A DNA stretch of 56,253 nt, the filler included, from Sphacelaria rigidula (Eukaryota): NCBI GenBank assembly GCA_964200075.2. It is 6 parts of 6 records of this genome, joined end to end, with 100 filler letters (N's around TTAATTAATTAA, not from the genome) between each part and the next. Parts side by side here need not be neighbours in the genome. Positions count along the whole stretch, not along the records: positions 1 to 9,293 come from CAXNAA020008825.1; positions 9,394 to 18,686 come from CAXNAA020008826.1; 4 more parts are not named here. One strand, written 5' to 3'. The translations under genes were made by a program, and so were the position numbers. Shown here one piece after another: positions 1 through 11,272 of the stretch. The notes beneath the pieces were generated by a model. That model had not been told where the DNA came from. It was given only the letters and a program-made list of their open reading frames with translations, and searched no databases. Within the stretch, counting starts at the first letter, position 1. Each line of letters starts with the position of its first letter.

Positions 1-135
1 GGGGGGGTGTTGACCCATTCCACAATACCAACATGTTTGGCATGCACCGGGGGGGCGTACTCATTTGTTGCACCGGGAGAGAGAGCCGTTGATACCTTGA
101 GACTACTACCACGGATTTGTCCCGAGGAAAGAGTC

Positions 136-656
136 GGGGGTGTTAAACTCATGGTCTTGCATGCCGTTGTCATGAGACCATTGATCTCGCCTCCCTACGA
201 AGCCGGGACGGAGCACGCCGGGTTTTCGCCGGACCAGGCTCGCAATCGCCAAGCGCCAAGCGCCGTGATGTGTTCGGCGAGTTGCATGAGGGATACTCTG
301 TGAATTCTGCTAAGATTGCGCGGCCCGAAGCGTACTGTTGTCTTGCATATGGATGATAACCTTCAGTGAGTTGCTTCATTTTTTGGCATCGCTTCTTCCA
401 GAGACGGTCACGTTTTACACGGCCTCGTGGGTGTCTCACAACATATAACACTACGTAGTACGATCGTCCGCTTAGCGCGGAGTTGCGGTTCTCCACCCCT
501 CACAAGATGATGTAGCTGGACCATGATCATTTTTCGAGAAAAATAACTCATGCGAAAACGAGAAGAAACTGGTAAGCTGGTTGCCCATCTTGCGCAGTGA
601 GTGGCGTGTTTTGCAGCATCGTTGCTAACCGACGCCGACCCTTAGAAGGAAGGGGG
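136..656 (-). mobile_element. Longest copy of the C-tract-associated non-coding repeat (family A)
   Basis: The reverse complement aligns by eye with 37121-37400 (AGGGT.GG.GTCGGTT...GGCAACCAG...GTGAG.CACCC), with 56120-56253, and with 8727-9255 (...CCCGGCGTGCTCCGTCCCGGCTT.GTAGGG...ATGAGT). G runs flank it on both sides. Confidence 0.75.
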
Positions 657-1038
657 TTGTATGTAAAAAAATGACGAAAAAACCTCAAGACGATGCCCGG
701 TGAGACGTTCCTTCCCTTTTTGAAGAGTCCATACGATGTCGTCCTTCGCTGGACGATCCCCGAAACTTTTGAAGCATCCGGCGTGTGAGCCGGCATCAGC
801 ATCCAAGGAGTTGGTTTGGCATCAAGAGCCCCACGACCACACAGTGAAGCGTCATGTATTTGTTACTTTGTGGACCTTGGATGCTCTCGTTCGTCAAATC
901 GTCTCAAAATAATGTCTGTGCGCAGCATCCAATCTTGATCGAGATTGTACGTTTCTTTTCGAAGTTTCACAATCTTTTCCACTAATTGTCATGTTCGTTA
1001 TGCGTTTACTCGTTTTACTTTCCTCTTGTACCTCGTAG

Positions 1039-4000
1039 GAACCGCGAACGGTGCATCAGAGGATACGCCCACAGAAGACCTCAACGACAAAAAACAAAAA
1101 TTGGTGGAGTCTTCTGGGGTGGGAAGTGGGAATGCGAAGACGAGCATGTTCTGGGTGCATTTCAAGGCGCTGGTGTCCAAGCGAACGACTTACGGCTTAC
1201 GAGACAAGAAGAGCATGTTTTTCCAGCTAATCGTCCCGACATTGCTGTTCCTGTTCGGGCTGATATTGCTTAGAGCCGGGTGAGGCGTTTTCGCGATACT
1301 GATACTGTTCTCTTTCAGGGGCAAGACGATTCTACAGTATAGATAACCTGCAGTGACATGTACCGGCATCAGGTTTTAGTTGGTAAAAGGTAATATCGAC
1401 CGCGTCAACAAAATGTGTCGAGTATATTGTCGCCAGAAGAGAAGGAGTCAAGATCGCGCTACCCCGCCGCTTCGATATGACTTAACTTTATTGTCGTGTC
1501 TTGTTCTCGGCAGCAAATGCCATGCGGCAGCAAGTGCCGTTTATCGCGCTACACAAGTAACGGTCCATGGGGTTTTGTATCGTAGGTGACGAGACGTGGT
1601 GCTATCATCGGTTGGCGGGTTGGCGTCCGCATCAGCCTTGAAGCTAAACACTGCGGAATGGCAGAACATAGCCCGCAGCAATATGTCCTTCACCTCACTA
1701 CCCGCCCTACAAGCAGTCTCATGAGATAACGCTGGAATTTATTTTTCTTCACACAAACGTCAACCCTGACTCTAACCCTGCATGCAGGCGATCATTCTTC
1801 GACCAGCCGTCTCTCCAACTCTCCCCGGCTATGCAGTTCAACCCCGAAATACCAAGTGCACTCAGAAACCCTGTGCCGCTGGCTTTTCCACAAGAACCAT
1901 CGCTAGCCCGTTCTGTGGCCGAGCGATTCGATGGCGTATCTGTTGAGGGGATCGGTGTGTCCACAGCTGGTACTGCGGTAGATGACGAGTTTGCTGGATG
2001 TGCTCAGGGAGCTGGTCCCTTGGTGAACATGAGCGATTTCTTGCTCAAGCCTCCTACTTCCGAAGAAGAGGGCGCCAGTCGGTAAGTGGTGAAGGTTTGT
2101 GCGTGGTTTTGCCGCTGCTGCTGCTGCTGTCTCCTGATTCTGATACGATTATCCTTTTTCGGCTCGGGGATGTAAATGTACGCGCTGTGCGCTGCCTCTC
2201 CCTTTTTACACATCGCGGAGCTTGTGGAAGTGTCGACCCTCTTGAGTTTCCCCGAAGGTGACGTCTTGATCAAGAACAATGTACTTGGTTGGGTGCGAAC
2301 CGGCGCCCCGCCAGGGAATATGCCGCTGTGGAATCGCCAGAAAATTCTCGCTTACAATGTCCGATGTGCAGGATATGATCGGCGTGTTGGCTGCTCTGAC
2401 GTATCTGCCATACGATGTACATCCATACGCAGTAGCGAAACGGGGCCTCCCACGTGAAAGCGGTATAGTGCGAGCTGGAAGCGGCCGCAATTGAGTCAGA
2501 AACCGAATTTTGTACCACAGGTTAGTACAATCTAAAAAAATGGCAGCAGGTCGGAAAAGCGTGCAGTGGTTTTGTTTGTACAATCTAAACAAATGGCAGC
2601 AGGTCGGAAAAGCGTGCAGTGGTTTTGTTGGCAGCCAACCATTTTGGTGCCCGCGGCCTGCCGCGCCTGGTAGCAGTCTCGTGGAGGATGTCGATGTTAT
2701 AGACAAGAAAGACCCTGACAAGATACTCGGGCGCTAAGGCGATGTCGTTTTGTTTTTGACCAGGAGGATTGCAGCGGCTTATCATGATGAAACGGCCAAG
2801 TGGAGATTTTGGTGCAGTCTAGCTTGTGTGTTATGTAACACTTTTGGCGAACAGGATGACTATGCCCCGTATGCCTCTGTATCCCGCTAGCGTTGCCGTT
2901 GACGCATTCATCAGCGGAGATGCATATGCGAATGCAGAACAGCTACTGGTGGTATGCAGGCATTGCATGAAGAGGAGAAGAGCTGTCTGCGTGGCAACGA
3001 CCTTGCGGGCCCGGACCCCCTTATCCACATGAAAGCGGTTTCCCTTCCGCCAAAACAACGATTTCAAAGTCCCCTCAGAGAATTGGAAAGAAACGACCTG
3101 TTGGTTCATGTGCGCTAAAGGGGTTAAGTAGGACCCTCTCGGTACGAGCACAGCTACGAGGCTTGAAGACGGAAGGGGTTGACAGAACGTTACCATGTGC
3201 TTCTCGCCTGGGAGGTTTGGTGCCAGTATGATTATGCTGCCGCACACGAAGCACGAGTCAATGTGCAGCAAACTATCAACCTGCTTTCTTCATTTTTGAT
3301 GCTCCCTCTTTGTCATCACTTGTAGACTGTCAGAAACGCTCAAAAATCATTTCCCTGCCCGGCCCTCGTCGCACCGCAATCGCAGATACGGTGCTGTCGT
3401 CCTAGACGAATCATCACACCTGCCGTCACCCGGAGCCCTTGCTAACGACCCCGGATCGCTTGTTTACGGCGTGCTAGTGAACGCTTCAGCTGTGCACGCA
3501 GCTCCCATGTTCATGAACCTTGTAAACACTGCCGCCCTTCAATCGATTGCTAACGCTACACGTGCTGAGAAGCATGCAGCAGTTGGTAATGGTGAGGGGG
3601 ATCTGCGGGGGGTCAGTGGCGCGGGGGGCGAGGCAAACAAAGGGCGTCTGGCGAATGAGTTACCCAGGTTGGTGTTCGATGCTTCCTGGCAACATGTCGA
3701 GTATGAGCTAGCGCTGTAAGACAACTACGTTTGTGAAGCATAACACGGGTACACAAGACACAGGGAGTTGGTTTTATCTCTTTCTTTCTTCCCTCGTTCT
3801 CGAGTTTACTCTAGTACCTTTGGTACTTTTAGTAACACCGGATGTCTCCGTTTTGTTTGCGTTGGGTACAAGCTGGGCCACCCGTAAAACATGCAGATAC
3901 TCGTCACACAACTTCTCAATTTTCCTGAATCAGCCCGACTTGAGCATATTGCTGTGAACTGCAGACAAGCTGGTATAACGCACGGCTCCGCCGCTGGTCG

Positions 4001-7000
4001 ATCGGCGCAGCTAAAAACGATGATGTTATTGTACTGCGTTGAGTATCCAGTGCGTGTCATATCGTGGCATGAGAGTATGTTCCGAGATGATTTTTTTCGG
4101 AGATGCGGTGGAATCACGTATGGCAACTTTGATACGCACGGTCAAGCGTGCACTGGAAGTGCTGCGAGATGACATTGGGCTTGTCAGCAGCTCCATCATA
4201 GGAGATGACTTCGGAGCCGATTGTCACATACAACGAGCACAGGCGCAAGTATCCAACAGGAACTAGGCTACGACGCCTTTCCTCGATTAAATCCCTGATG
4301 GTGATCGTGTACTTTTGCAGTTGGGAAAAAAAAACTGCCAGATATTGGACAAAAAATAGTCTTGTCGGGATTCGAACTCGTAACCTGTGTAATTGGAGGC
4401 ACGTGCATCAGTTGGACCACCAGGGCGCAGCGGTGTCACATAAAATGTGCCCGGCTGGGCCCAAGTCAGGAAGGTTTTCACCGAAATTTTACCAGGATCT
4501 CCTGCACGCAAGTACGTACAACATTTCTGGGGATGCCGCAATTTCACCCTTTTTTCACGGAGTTATGACTTTCCCTCAGTTTTTGCTGAAATTTCAAATC
4601 GCTCCAACTTTCTGTTTTTTTTTTCTTGGCATCCCGAGAAATGTTGTGCGTGTTGATGATGAAAATTCCATGTCAAAATTTCAGCGCCTAACTCCTCAAA
4701 TTTAGCATCGCCTGATCCGAAAACCTGTGAAGTCATTGTCAGTTGACCCAGCTGGCCCAGCTCGTACGTATTCCTCGAGTCTCCAGATGGCCCTCTCCCG
4801 CCAGTGACTGCTTTATTTCCCCCCCTTGGAAGAAGGATGAAATCTTACCCAACACTTACCCCGCCACCGGGTTCACATACCGATTACCCGGAGGCTCGGT
4901 CAGACTGTCTCGTGGAAGTTATGTCGGGTAGGCGCCTCGAGCGTGCGCAAGCTTTGTTCAAGGCAGAGTAGGGGTCCGGCCCACTAAAACCCTCCATCAA
5001 CTTGGTGCAGTGTACGCTTCGCCATGCTCTTGAGAGCTTCGGCCCTAGTAGCCCTGACTACTGTTACTTACTGTATCCAGCGAAAGATCAGGGTCGTACA
5101 CATTGGTAGAGCCGAACTTTTGAAGTATATACCCGAGTTCCCAAAATTTTGTCACGTCGAACGCGAGGCTAGTAAGGGTGACAGTTGCACGGTGGGATCA
5201 CTTCAAGCAAACCGCTATAATCGGTTGAACGAGCTGCTGACGCAACAGCAAAAGTGGTGTTTGTGCTGGACCATAAACCAACAAACTGACACTCGTCGTT
5301 GCAAGCCCGAGGCGACGCAAGTGATACACGCAGTGACGGTCGTGAGTCTCTGAGAAAATAAGGAATTTGAGGATTGAGAGTAGGGCCAGGGATGAGGCGT
5401 AAGGCTAGCTTCCACGGAAACGTATGGTCAGTGTTCCAGTTTTGTTCACTTTAGTCCTTCTGTTCTATCTGTGTCCGTTCGTATTCTCCATTTATTGAGT
5501 TTCCTTGAGCGAGCGAGTGTTTCCGTTTTGTACACCTCGAGTATGTCTATCTTGTGGGTCATGACCTGACGACGGCTGTATTTGTAGAGGATCAGTTGAT
5601 GTGCAACAATGAACCAATCACTGCATCAATCAATTGATCAATCTACACACCTCATCCTCTCTCCACACCTACAAACCTCCCCTTGAACAGCCCGAGTCCT
5701 CGAGTCCTCGAGTGTTTGTGCCTGTCTTGTGAAGTGACCCCGCGGGTGCAATGTTCCCACTCGCTGGTCGACGCCGGCAGCGAAATTTGCCGTGTAGCAC
5801 CTTCCCCCTGCAAACTTGAAAATCGAAACATTGCATGTCCGATGGTCGAATGGTGTTCTCATCAATGGCCGGGTTGTGAAGCCACGTCAACAAACCACGG
5901 GACTCCAGGCGTTGCGCTATTTCTTGCACTGTAGGCGTTGTTGTCATTCACTCGTTCATGACGGGTTTTCGTTTTTGACGGTTCTGAGAGTTTTCGGACG
6001 GTTTTGCTGAAAGTTTTAAATTTGGTCGAGCTCAGACAAGCTGCGCATGTGAGGAATCAGGGTCATGTGTGAAGGTGCCTTTTATCGCGAACCAGTGGTG
6101 TGTACGAGCTGGGCCAGCCTAGAGGCTGCATGAAAGTTTGCGGGCGGATGCGCCGGGCAATATTTGGAGTTAGACCCTGAAATTCGGTAGGGATAATGCA
6201 CAGGGCATTATCAAAATCGGGAGGAAGCACATGAAGTTTTTTTTTTTCGTGAGTTAAGGGCGTTTTGCTGAAACCTGGACACTGATTATTGCCCTTAACT
6301 CACGAAAAAAAAAAACTATGAAGAAAAAAATTAAGGCCCATTTTTTTTTCTATCCGGCACTCTTTTGTGGTCCTCCGTGCTAACTTTTAGATCAGAATTC
6401 TCGAACTTGAGCTTAAACATTGAGATAAGGCCTAACAGCGATGTACATTTCTTCTCAAAACTCCACTAAAAACACGAAAAAAATGAAAAAAAAATGAAGT
6501 AAAAATTAAAGAGATAACAAGCTGTTTTTATTTATTTCTATTATGCACTAGCGGTTCACCACACGAAATTTTATGGAACAACTGTCAAAAACTGAGGCGC
6601 GATATCCAGATATAGGGCATCTAGTGCCTCTGCTCGTAATATATCGATTTTAGTACAGAAACTTATGTGCGCCATATCTCGAGATAGATAACGAATTAGG
6701 TGAAGGTGAAGGTATCTGTTGTCTCCCCTTGCTCCAGAGAATGTCCACACCGAAAATTCGTTGCCATCCGCTAAATGCATCGATCGGGGGTTCCATAGAG
6801 ATTTCAGTATAGGCGCTATCTCCCTTAGGTATAGGAATCACTAGACATGGGGTTTAATCAACTAGAAAATATGGGCCCAAAATTTTAAGCAGATGGGCAC
6901 CTTCACCTTGATTAGACGATTAATACGATATGCCGATCACGGCCCAACTCGTCTGTGTCGATGAGATATTGCTTTTCGAGCTTACATCCGTTTGAAGGCT

Positions 7001-8549
7001 GGCCCAGCTCGTATAACTATGGTACTCAATTAGCGGTGTGTGAAACGTGATGTTTGTGATGTTTTTGCCTCGTGGCTGTGTATGTGACTCCTCTGCCACG
7101 CATTTCCCCGATTTGTGGGCGGCTAGTGATTCGCATCGTCCGTGTGCAGTTCTGCAGCGTGATGACCAAGTTCTACCTTGCTGTCGGTGTTCCTGGTATT
7201 ATTGCCCTCGGTTTGTTGATTTTCAGTATCACGATCAGGAGCAGTCCACTCCCAAGGACGACGTTAGAGGAGCGGTCACGTCAGGTATGCACCGTCATTC
7301 ACGCTTAACGGTTTCTGTGGTTGTATATCGGTCGATGTTGTGGAGGCCCCGCTGAGTGACACCGATATCTACAATGTATATGTTGACAATGTATATGTTG
7401 ACTCGTGACATGCACGTTGGTGTCGATTCCCATGACAATTTGTCCCCGCTATAGCGTAAGTTCATGAACGCGTTACATTAAATGTTTTGTTGAATCCGCG
7501 GAGAAAATGCTATATTTGAGGTTGCTGAGCCACACTTGGTCCTAGTGGTGAAGATTATGACGGTAGGCACCTCATATCGAGTACGTTCCCCAATGGCTAA
7601 CAAAGCACACATGAATATTTCCGTTGTCGCTCTCGCGTCATGTCGTTGCTTGGCAGAGCATCGAAGGGTTTTCCACGGCGATCATGGTTGTGATCGCCGT
7701 GTGCTTCTTGCCGGCTTCTTACGCCATTTTCGTGGTGAAGGAGAGGGCTGTCAAGGCCAAACACCAACAGGCGGGTAGATTTGATTCCTGATTGTGTGGA
7801 TTACCTCGTGGTGTATGTCGGTTCATTTGCCATGGAATCTGTGATGTCCAGTTGTATAGTCATGAAACCCCGCATCTCAACGCCTTATTTTGTTTCGATC
7901 TGGTGGTGGTTACAAGTATTTGGGGCAGAACTTCCGCCCCAGTTGGTCGAGTGTGATCTGCGAAACGTCGTCCGAAGTAAGCGCGATCACAGGATGAGTC
8001 ACGAGCCTGCACCCCTCAATTCGAATTGCGTGCCGTCTCGTGTTTACGTAGCGGCAGTACGGCTCGCGTCGTAGAGGTGTGCAGCGAAACGCCCCCGGGG
8101 CACTCGTGAGCGTGCACCTTCATTGCTTCAGGCACCACGATGAGTCAAATAGATCTACGAACTCATGTCAATCCCAAGTGGTGGTCTCATCTATCGACAC
8201 ACCACCACCGTAGAAGCAGTGCTGTCTCTGTGCCTTCGTCGATGGACTTCCCGCGTGATACCCGCGGTGCATTCATGCAATGACCCCGGCGGCAAGATTG
8301 CGCAGTTGATCCTCGCCCGAAACTCAAGCTCCGCTCTTCTCAATATCGCTTGTCGTAATCCAAAATGGCACCCACTGAAGACAATGCTGACCGTGCGTTT
8401 TACTTGATTCACATCAACGACAATCACGCAGATGATATCCGGCGTGGGCGTGGCGGCATACTGGGCGAGCACGTACGTGTTTGACATCCTGACGTATCTC
8501 GTGCCGTGCTCCGTGTTCCTCGGCCTCATCTACGCCTTCAATGTCCCAA
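1039..8549 (+). CDS. ABC transporter subfamily A (ABCA), internal exons of the second transmembrane half; partial gene
   Basis: Phase-consistent exons 1039-1279, 1788-2081, 3386-3667, 7227-7284, 7657-7770 and 8432-~8549. They give ...FKALVSKRTTYGLRDKKSMFFQLIVP..., VLVNASAVHAAPMFMNLVN, ITIRSSPLPRT and FLPASYAIFVVKERAVKAKHQQ|MISGVGVAAYWASTYVFD, all typical ABCA motifs. Confidence 0.9.
2526..2630 (+). repeat. Tandem duplication of about 53 bp (intronic)
   Basis: TACAATCTAAA.AAATGGCAGCAGGTCGGAAAAGCGTGCAGTGGTTTTGTT occurs twice in tandem. Confidence 0.85.
4351..4428 (-). other. tRNA-derived Pol III-like unit (possible SINE head or tRNA pseudogene)
   Basis: The minus strand has an A-box-like TGGTCCAACTGA, a B-box GAGTTCGAATCCC and a T6 run. 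I could not form a clean cloverleaf acceptor stem. Confidence 0.4.
4812..5048 (+). mobile_element. Interspersed repeat of about 240 bp with a Helitron-like 3' end
   Basis: Homologous to 40281-40519. It ends in a short palindrome GCTCT-TG-AGAGC, then 8 nt, then CTAG|T. Confidence 0.55.
6105..7011. mobile_element. Tc1/mariner-type MITE (about 907 bp)
   Basis: TIR CGAGCTGGGCCAGCCT...AGGCTGGCCCAGCTCG with TA on both sides, and an internal inverted repeat at ~6236-6317. The same terminus occurs at 4751-4764 and 46792-46862. Confidence 0.8.
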
Positions 8550-8716
8550 GTAGGTCAACATCAACATCACCATAGCTGCCTTTGGAGATGTGCAAATGTC
8601 GTTACCGTCACAAAATTGTTGCCCGGGCACGCCGGGAAATGGTCAGAGATGGAGAGATAAAACGAAACTTGACTTTGTCGACCTACAACGGTACTGTGGT
8701 ATGCCAATGCTATGGC

Positions 8717-9293
8717 TCCCCCCTCGCCGTGGCTGTACCTGGAAGTGGCCATACCGGAAAATAAAGCAACTCATTGTAGGCTGCCATCCATATGCAAGAT
8801 AACCAGCAGGCTTCGGGCCGAACAAAATCAGCAGGATGCAGCTCATCCTTTATGCGACTCGCCTGGCACACCACGACGCTTCGCGCTCGGTGATTGAGTA
8901 CGAGCCCGGTCCGGACTAATGCCGAGATAGCCCCCTCCACGAAAAAGTGCACCGGGGATCGTCCGACAAACCGGCTGCGATCCCATTATTGGGCTCGTTT
9001 GCAGCAATTTCGCCCCCATGGGAGGCGTGTAGTAGTCCGAAATCAGCTATATCGCCCAAATGAGTCGCGTCGTGCAGCACGACACCAGCTCAAACAGCAT
9101 TTATGATCATCGTCTCCGCGCACGTTTTTGGCCGGTTCAGGGGGGGGCTATCTCGGCAACAGTCTCCGGCAAAACCCGGCGTGCTCCGTCCCGGCTTTGT
9201 AGGGATGCGAGATCAATGGTGTTGTGACTATGCTGTGCATGATCATGAGTACCCCGACCCCCCCCCCCCCCCCCCCACCCCCACCACCCAACC
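8717..9293 (+). mobile_element. Family A copy, shortened at a C tract, interrupted by a MITE and ending ATGAGTACCCC-(C)n
   Basis: Aligns to 136-430 (minus strand) once 8914-9168 is removed. Confidence 0.75.
8914..9164. mobile_element. MITE family M1 (GAC...GTC termini, 4-bp TSD)
   Basis: TIR GACTAATGCCGAGATAGCCCCC / GGGGGCTATCTCGGCAACAGTC with TSD TCCG (8910-8913 and 9165-9168). A second copy lies at 35149-35396. Confidence 0.85.
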
Positions 9294-9393
9294 NNNNNNN
9301 NNNNNNNNNNNNNNNNNNNNNNNNNNNNNNNNNNNNNTTAATTAATTAANNNNNNNNNNNNNNNNNNNNNNNNNNNNNNNNNNNNNNNNNNNN
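9294..9393. other. Artificial contig linker (N44-TTAATTAATTAA-N44)
   Basis: Exactly 100 nt, with a core giving stops in all six frames; identical at five positions. Confidence 0.97.
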
Positions 9394-10699
9394 CGAAAAG
9401 ACCCTCCCCACGCCGTACCGACAAGACCGGTCATGGCCTTCGTCGGAGGACGGGGAACGGAGGACTTTCGCATACCATACCCGAATTCAGCACAATCATC
9501 ATTCCAACTCCATCTGCAATTCTTGCGCTCGTACGGTGGCGGTTTCTCTTCTTGTTCACATATCACACATGGGTCAAACAGCAATTCGGCCGCTAGCATG
9601 CTGAATCCATAAAGTAGTACACTCTTACTTTTACATGCCGTGCCAACATGTGTACATGCCATATGGATCCCGCCTGGCCGGCAATTTGGAACAACGACCA
9701 GCTCCCATATGGGTGATACAGTGCACTTCTCTATTAGCATGCTGTGCACATGCACCGCACCTCGCACATAATATCAGCTCTATCAGCCCTTAAATATGGG
9801 ACATGCGCGTTTTGCTGATCTGTAGCACAGGAATTTCACTTGTGCTCACAATCAACCTTCCGAAGTTATCATGATCAGATCAAGCGGCTAGTATTGCGCT
9901 ACTCAGCCCTTGCTCCTACCATAACAACGAAGTCTTATCAACCAATCCAGTCAGACACCGATGCCTCGCGAATCCTGCACCTCTCGGAATAATAACAACT
10001 TTTTCACTCTGGTGCCGAGTTTCGGAACCCACCTCAAATTTGTGGTCTTAACCATCATTCATCCGCATACCCCTCTGTGGGAACCTTTTGCCGACATCAC
10101 TCTCTAGCCTAGTCAGACCGTAGTGCCCCATGTGCCTGTACTCACCAAGGCGATGAACAAGGTTCCACCTCAACCAATCGAGTAAGGATACGGTGTCCCG
10201 CAGCCCTGCGCTCATCGGGGTGGCAACAATGTTATACATGGGCGTTGAGTTTCGCCATCCATGTCAAACATGTCCTCAAGCTTGATCCGTTCCTCGCGTG
10301 TACGGTGATAATTGAAGATTTTGCCCAAATCGCTGTTGGTGAGTCTCCTGGAAAAACGATACGAGCCTGCTCTACTGTATATTATAGCCAGGCCTTGCTC
10401 TGCGCAGAATTATATTTTGCTCGCCCTCCGGAACATGAACTGGTTCCTTGCCCTCGCCGCAGAAGGATGCAAACCTCCCATCTACACGTATGATAGCCCC
10501 GCGAATTTTTCTAACGCCGCAGGTACGCCACCAAAACTACTGGATCCAACACCGAGGTAGAAGGATTCGCGTGACCAGTCAGTACATATTTACTTACGAT
10601 ACCCAGAGATGGCCATGGCACTTTGTACCCCCCTTGACTTGTCAGCCTCTGCCGTTCACACCTGGCCGCACCACACTACGTTTACGTTGCGGCTCGAGA

Positions 10700-10872
10700 G
10701 ATGGGTGGCTGGGTGGAGGAGTGAGCTACGAGGTGCCATATCGCTCCCGCGTAGGTCAAGATTGGCCCGCTGTACCGACCAAAATTCCCAAGGTCCTCGC
10801 ACGTCTGCTGCCGAACCGCACATGCGACTTCGGCGTCAGGGCAAAGAATTCCGCTGGGTGGGGTGGAATTGG
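10700..10872 (+). pseudogene. Fibronectin type III-like fragment
   Basis: VSYEVPYRSR...W...LARLLPNRTCDFGVRAKNSAGWG resembles the FN3 C-terminal motif L.P.T.Y.F.VRA.N..G.G. No clear partner exons were found. Confidence 0.4.
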
Positions 10873-10960
10873 ATTTGACGTGCTCCGGGTACATCGCCGC
10901 GGTAAGCGAGTGGCCGGTCGAGGCCAGTGTATACAAAGAACCATATATTATATTATATCA

Positions 10961-11272
10961 TGATTTTACACACATTCTCATACACTGAACAGAAACACAA
11001 CAGGAACACAACAGGAACTGGACAGATGGGGGACAGCTGGCATCCCATTGGGAACCACATCTCAAATCCTGTCCGTTCCCTGGATCTTTGCTGCAAGCAT
11101 GATATCGGCTATACCTTAGTTCGTGTCACAATAAAATCCCAAATAGCACCAGTCTTTCCAGCCGTTGTTCCTCGAAATGTCATTGTCAAATCTTGATATA
11201 TATTTCCCCCTGCACTCAGGTATAGATCTCATGTACACGTATATCATCCTTGAGCGTGAGTATATTCGATCA
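10961..11272 (-). mobile_element. LTR fragment or solo LTR related to the Copia LTR at 50142
   Basis: The minus strand begins TGATCGAATATACTCAC.CTCAA, as at 50142, and shares AAGGT.TA.CCGAT...TTGCAGCAAA. Termini are TG...CA, but there is no matching TSD. Confidence 0.6.

Noticed and set aside
170-496. ORF with SALSGRSYYVVLYV, superficially like a Copia integrase start
   Set aside because: It lies wholly within the family A repeat. The homologous copy at 37121-37400 does not keep the frame, and no DDE motifs follow.
9338-9349. TTAATTAATTAA palindrome, seen five times
   Set aside because: It is an assembly linker within N runs, not biological sequence.
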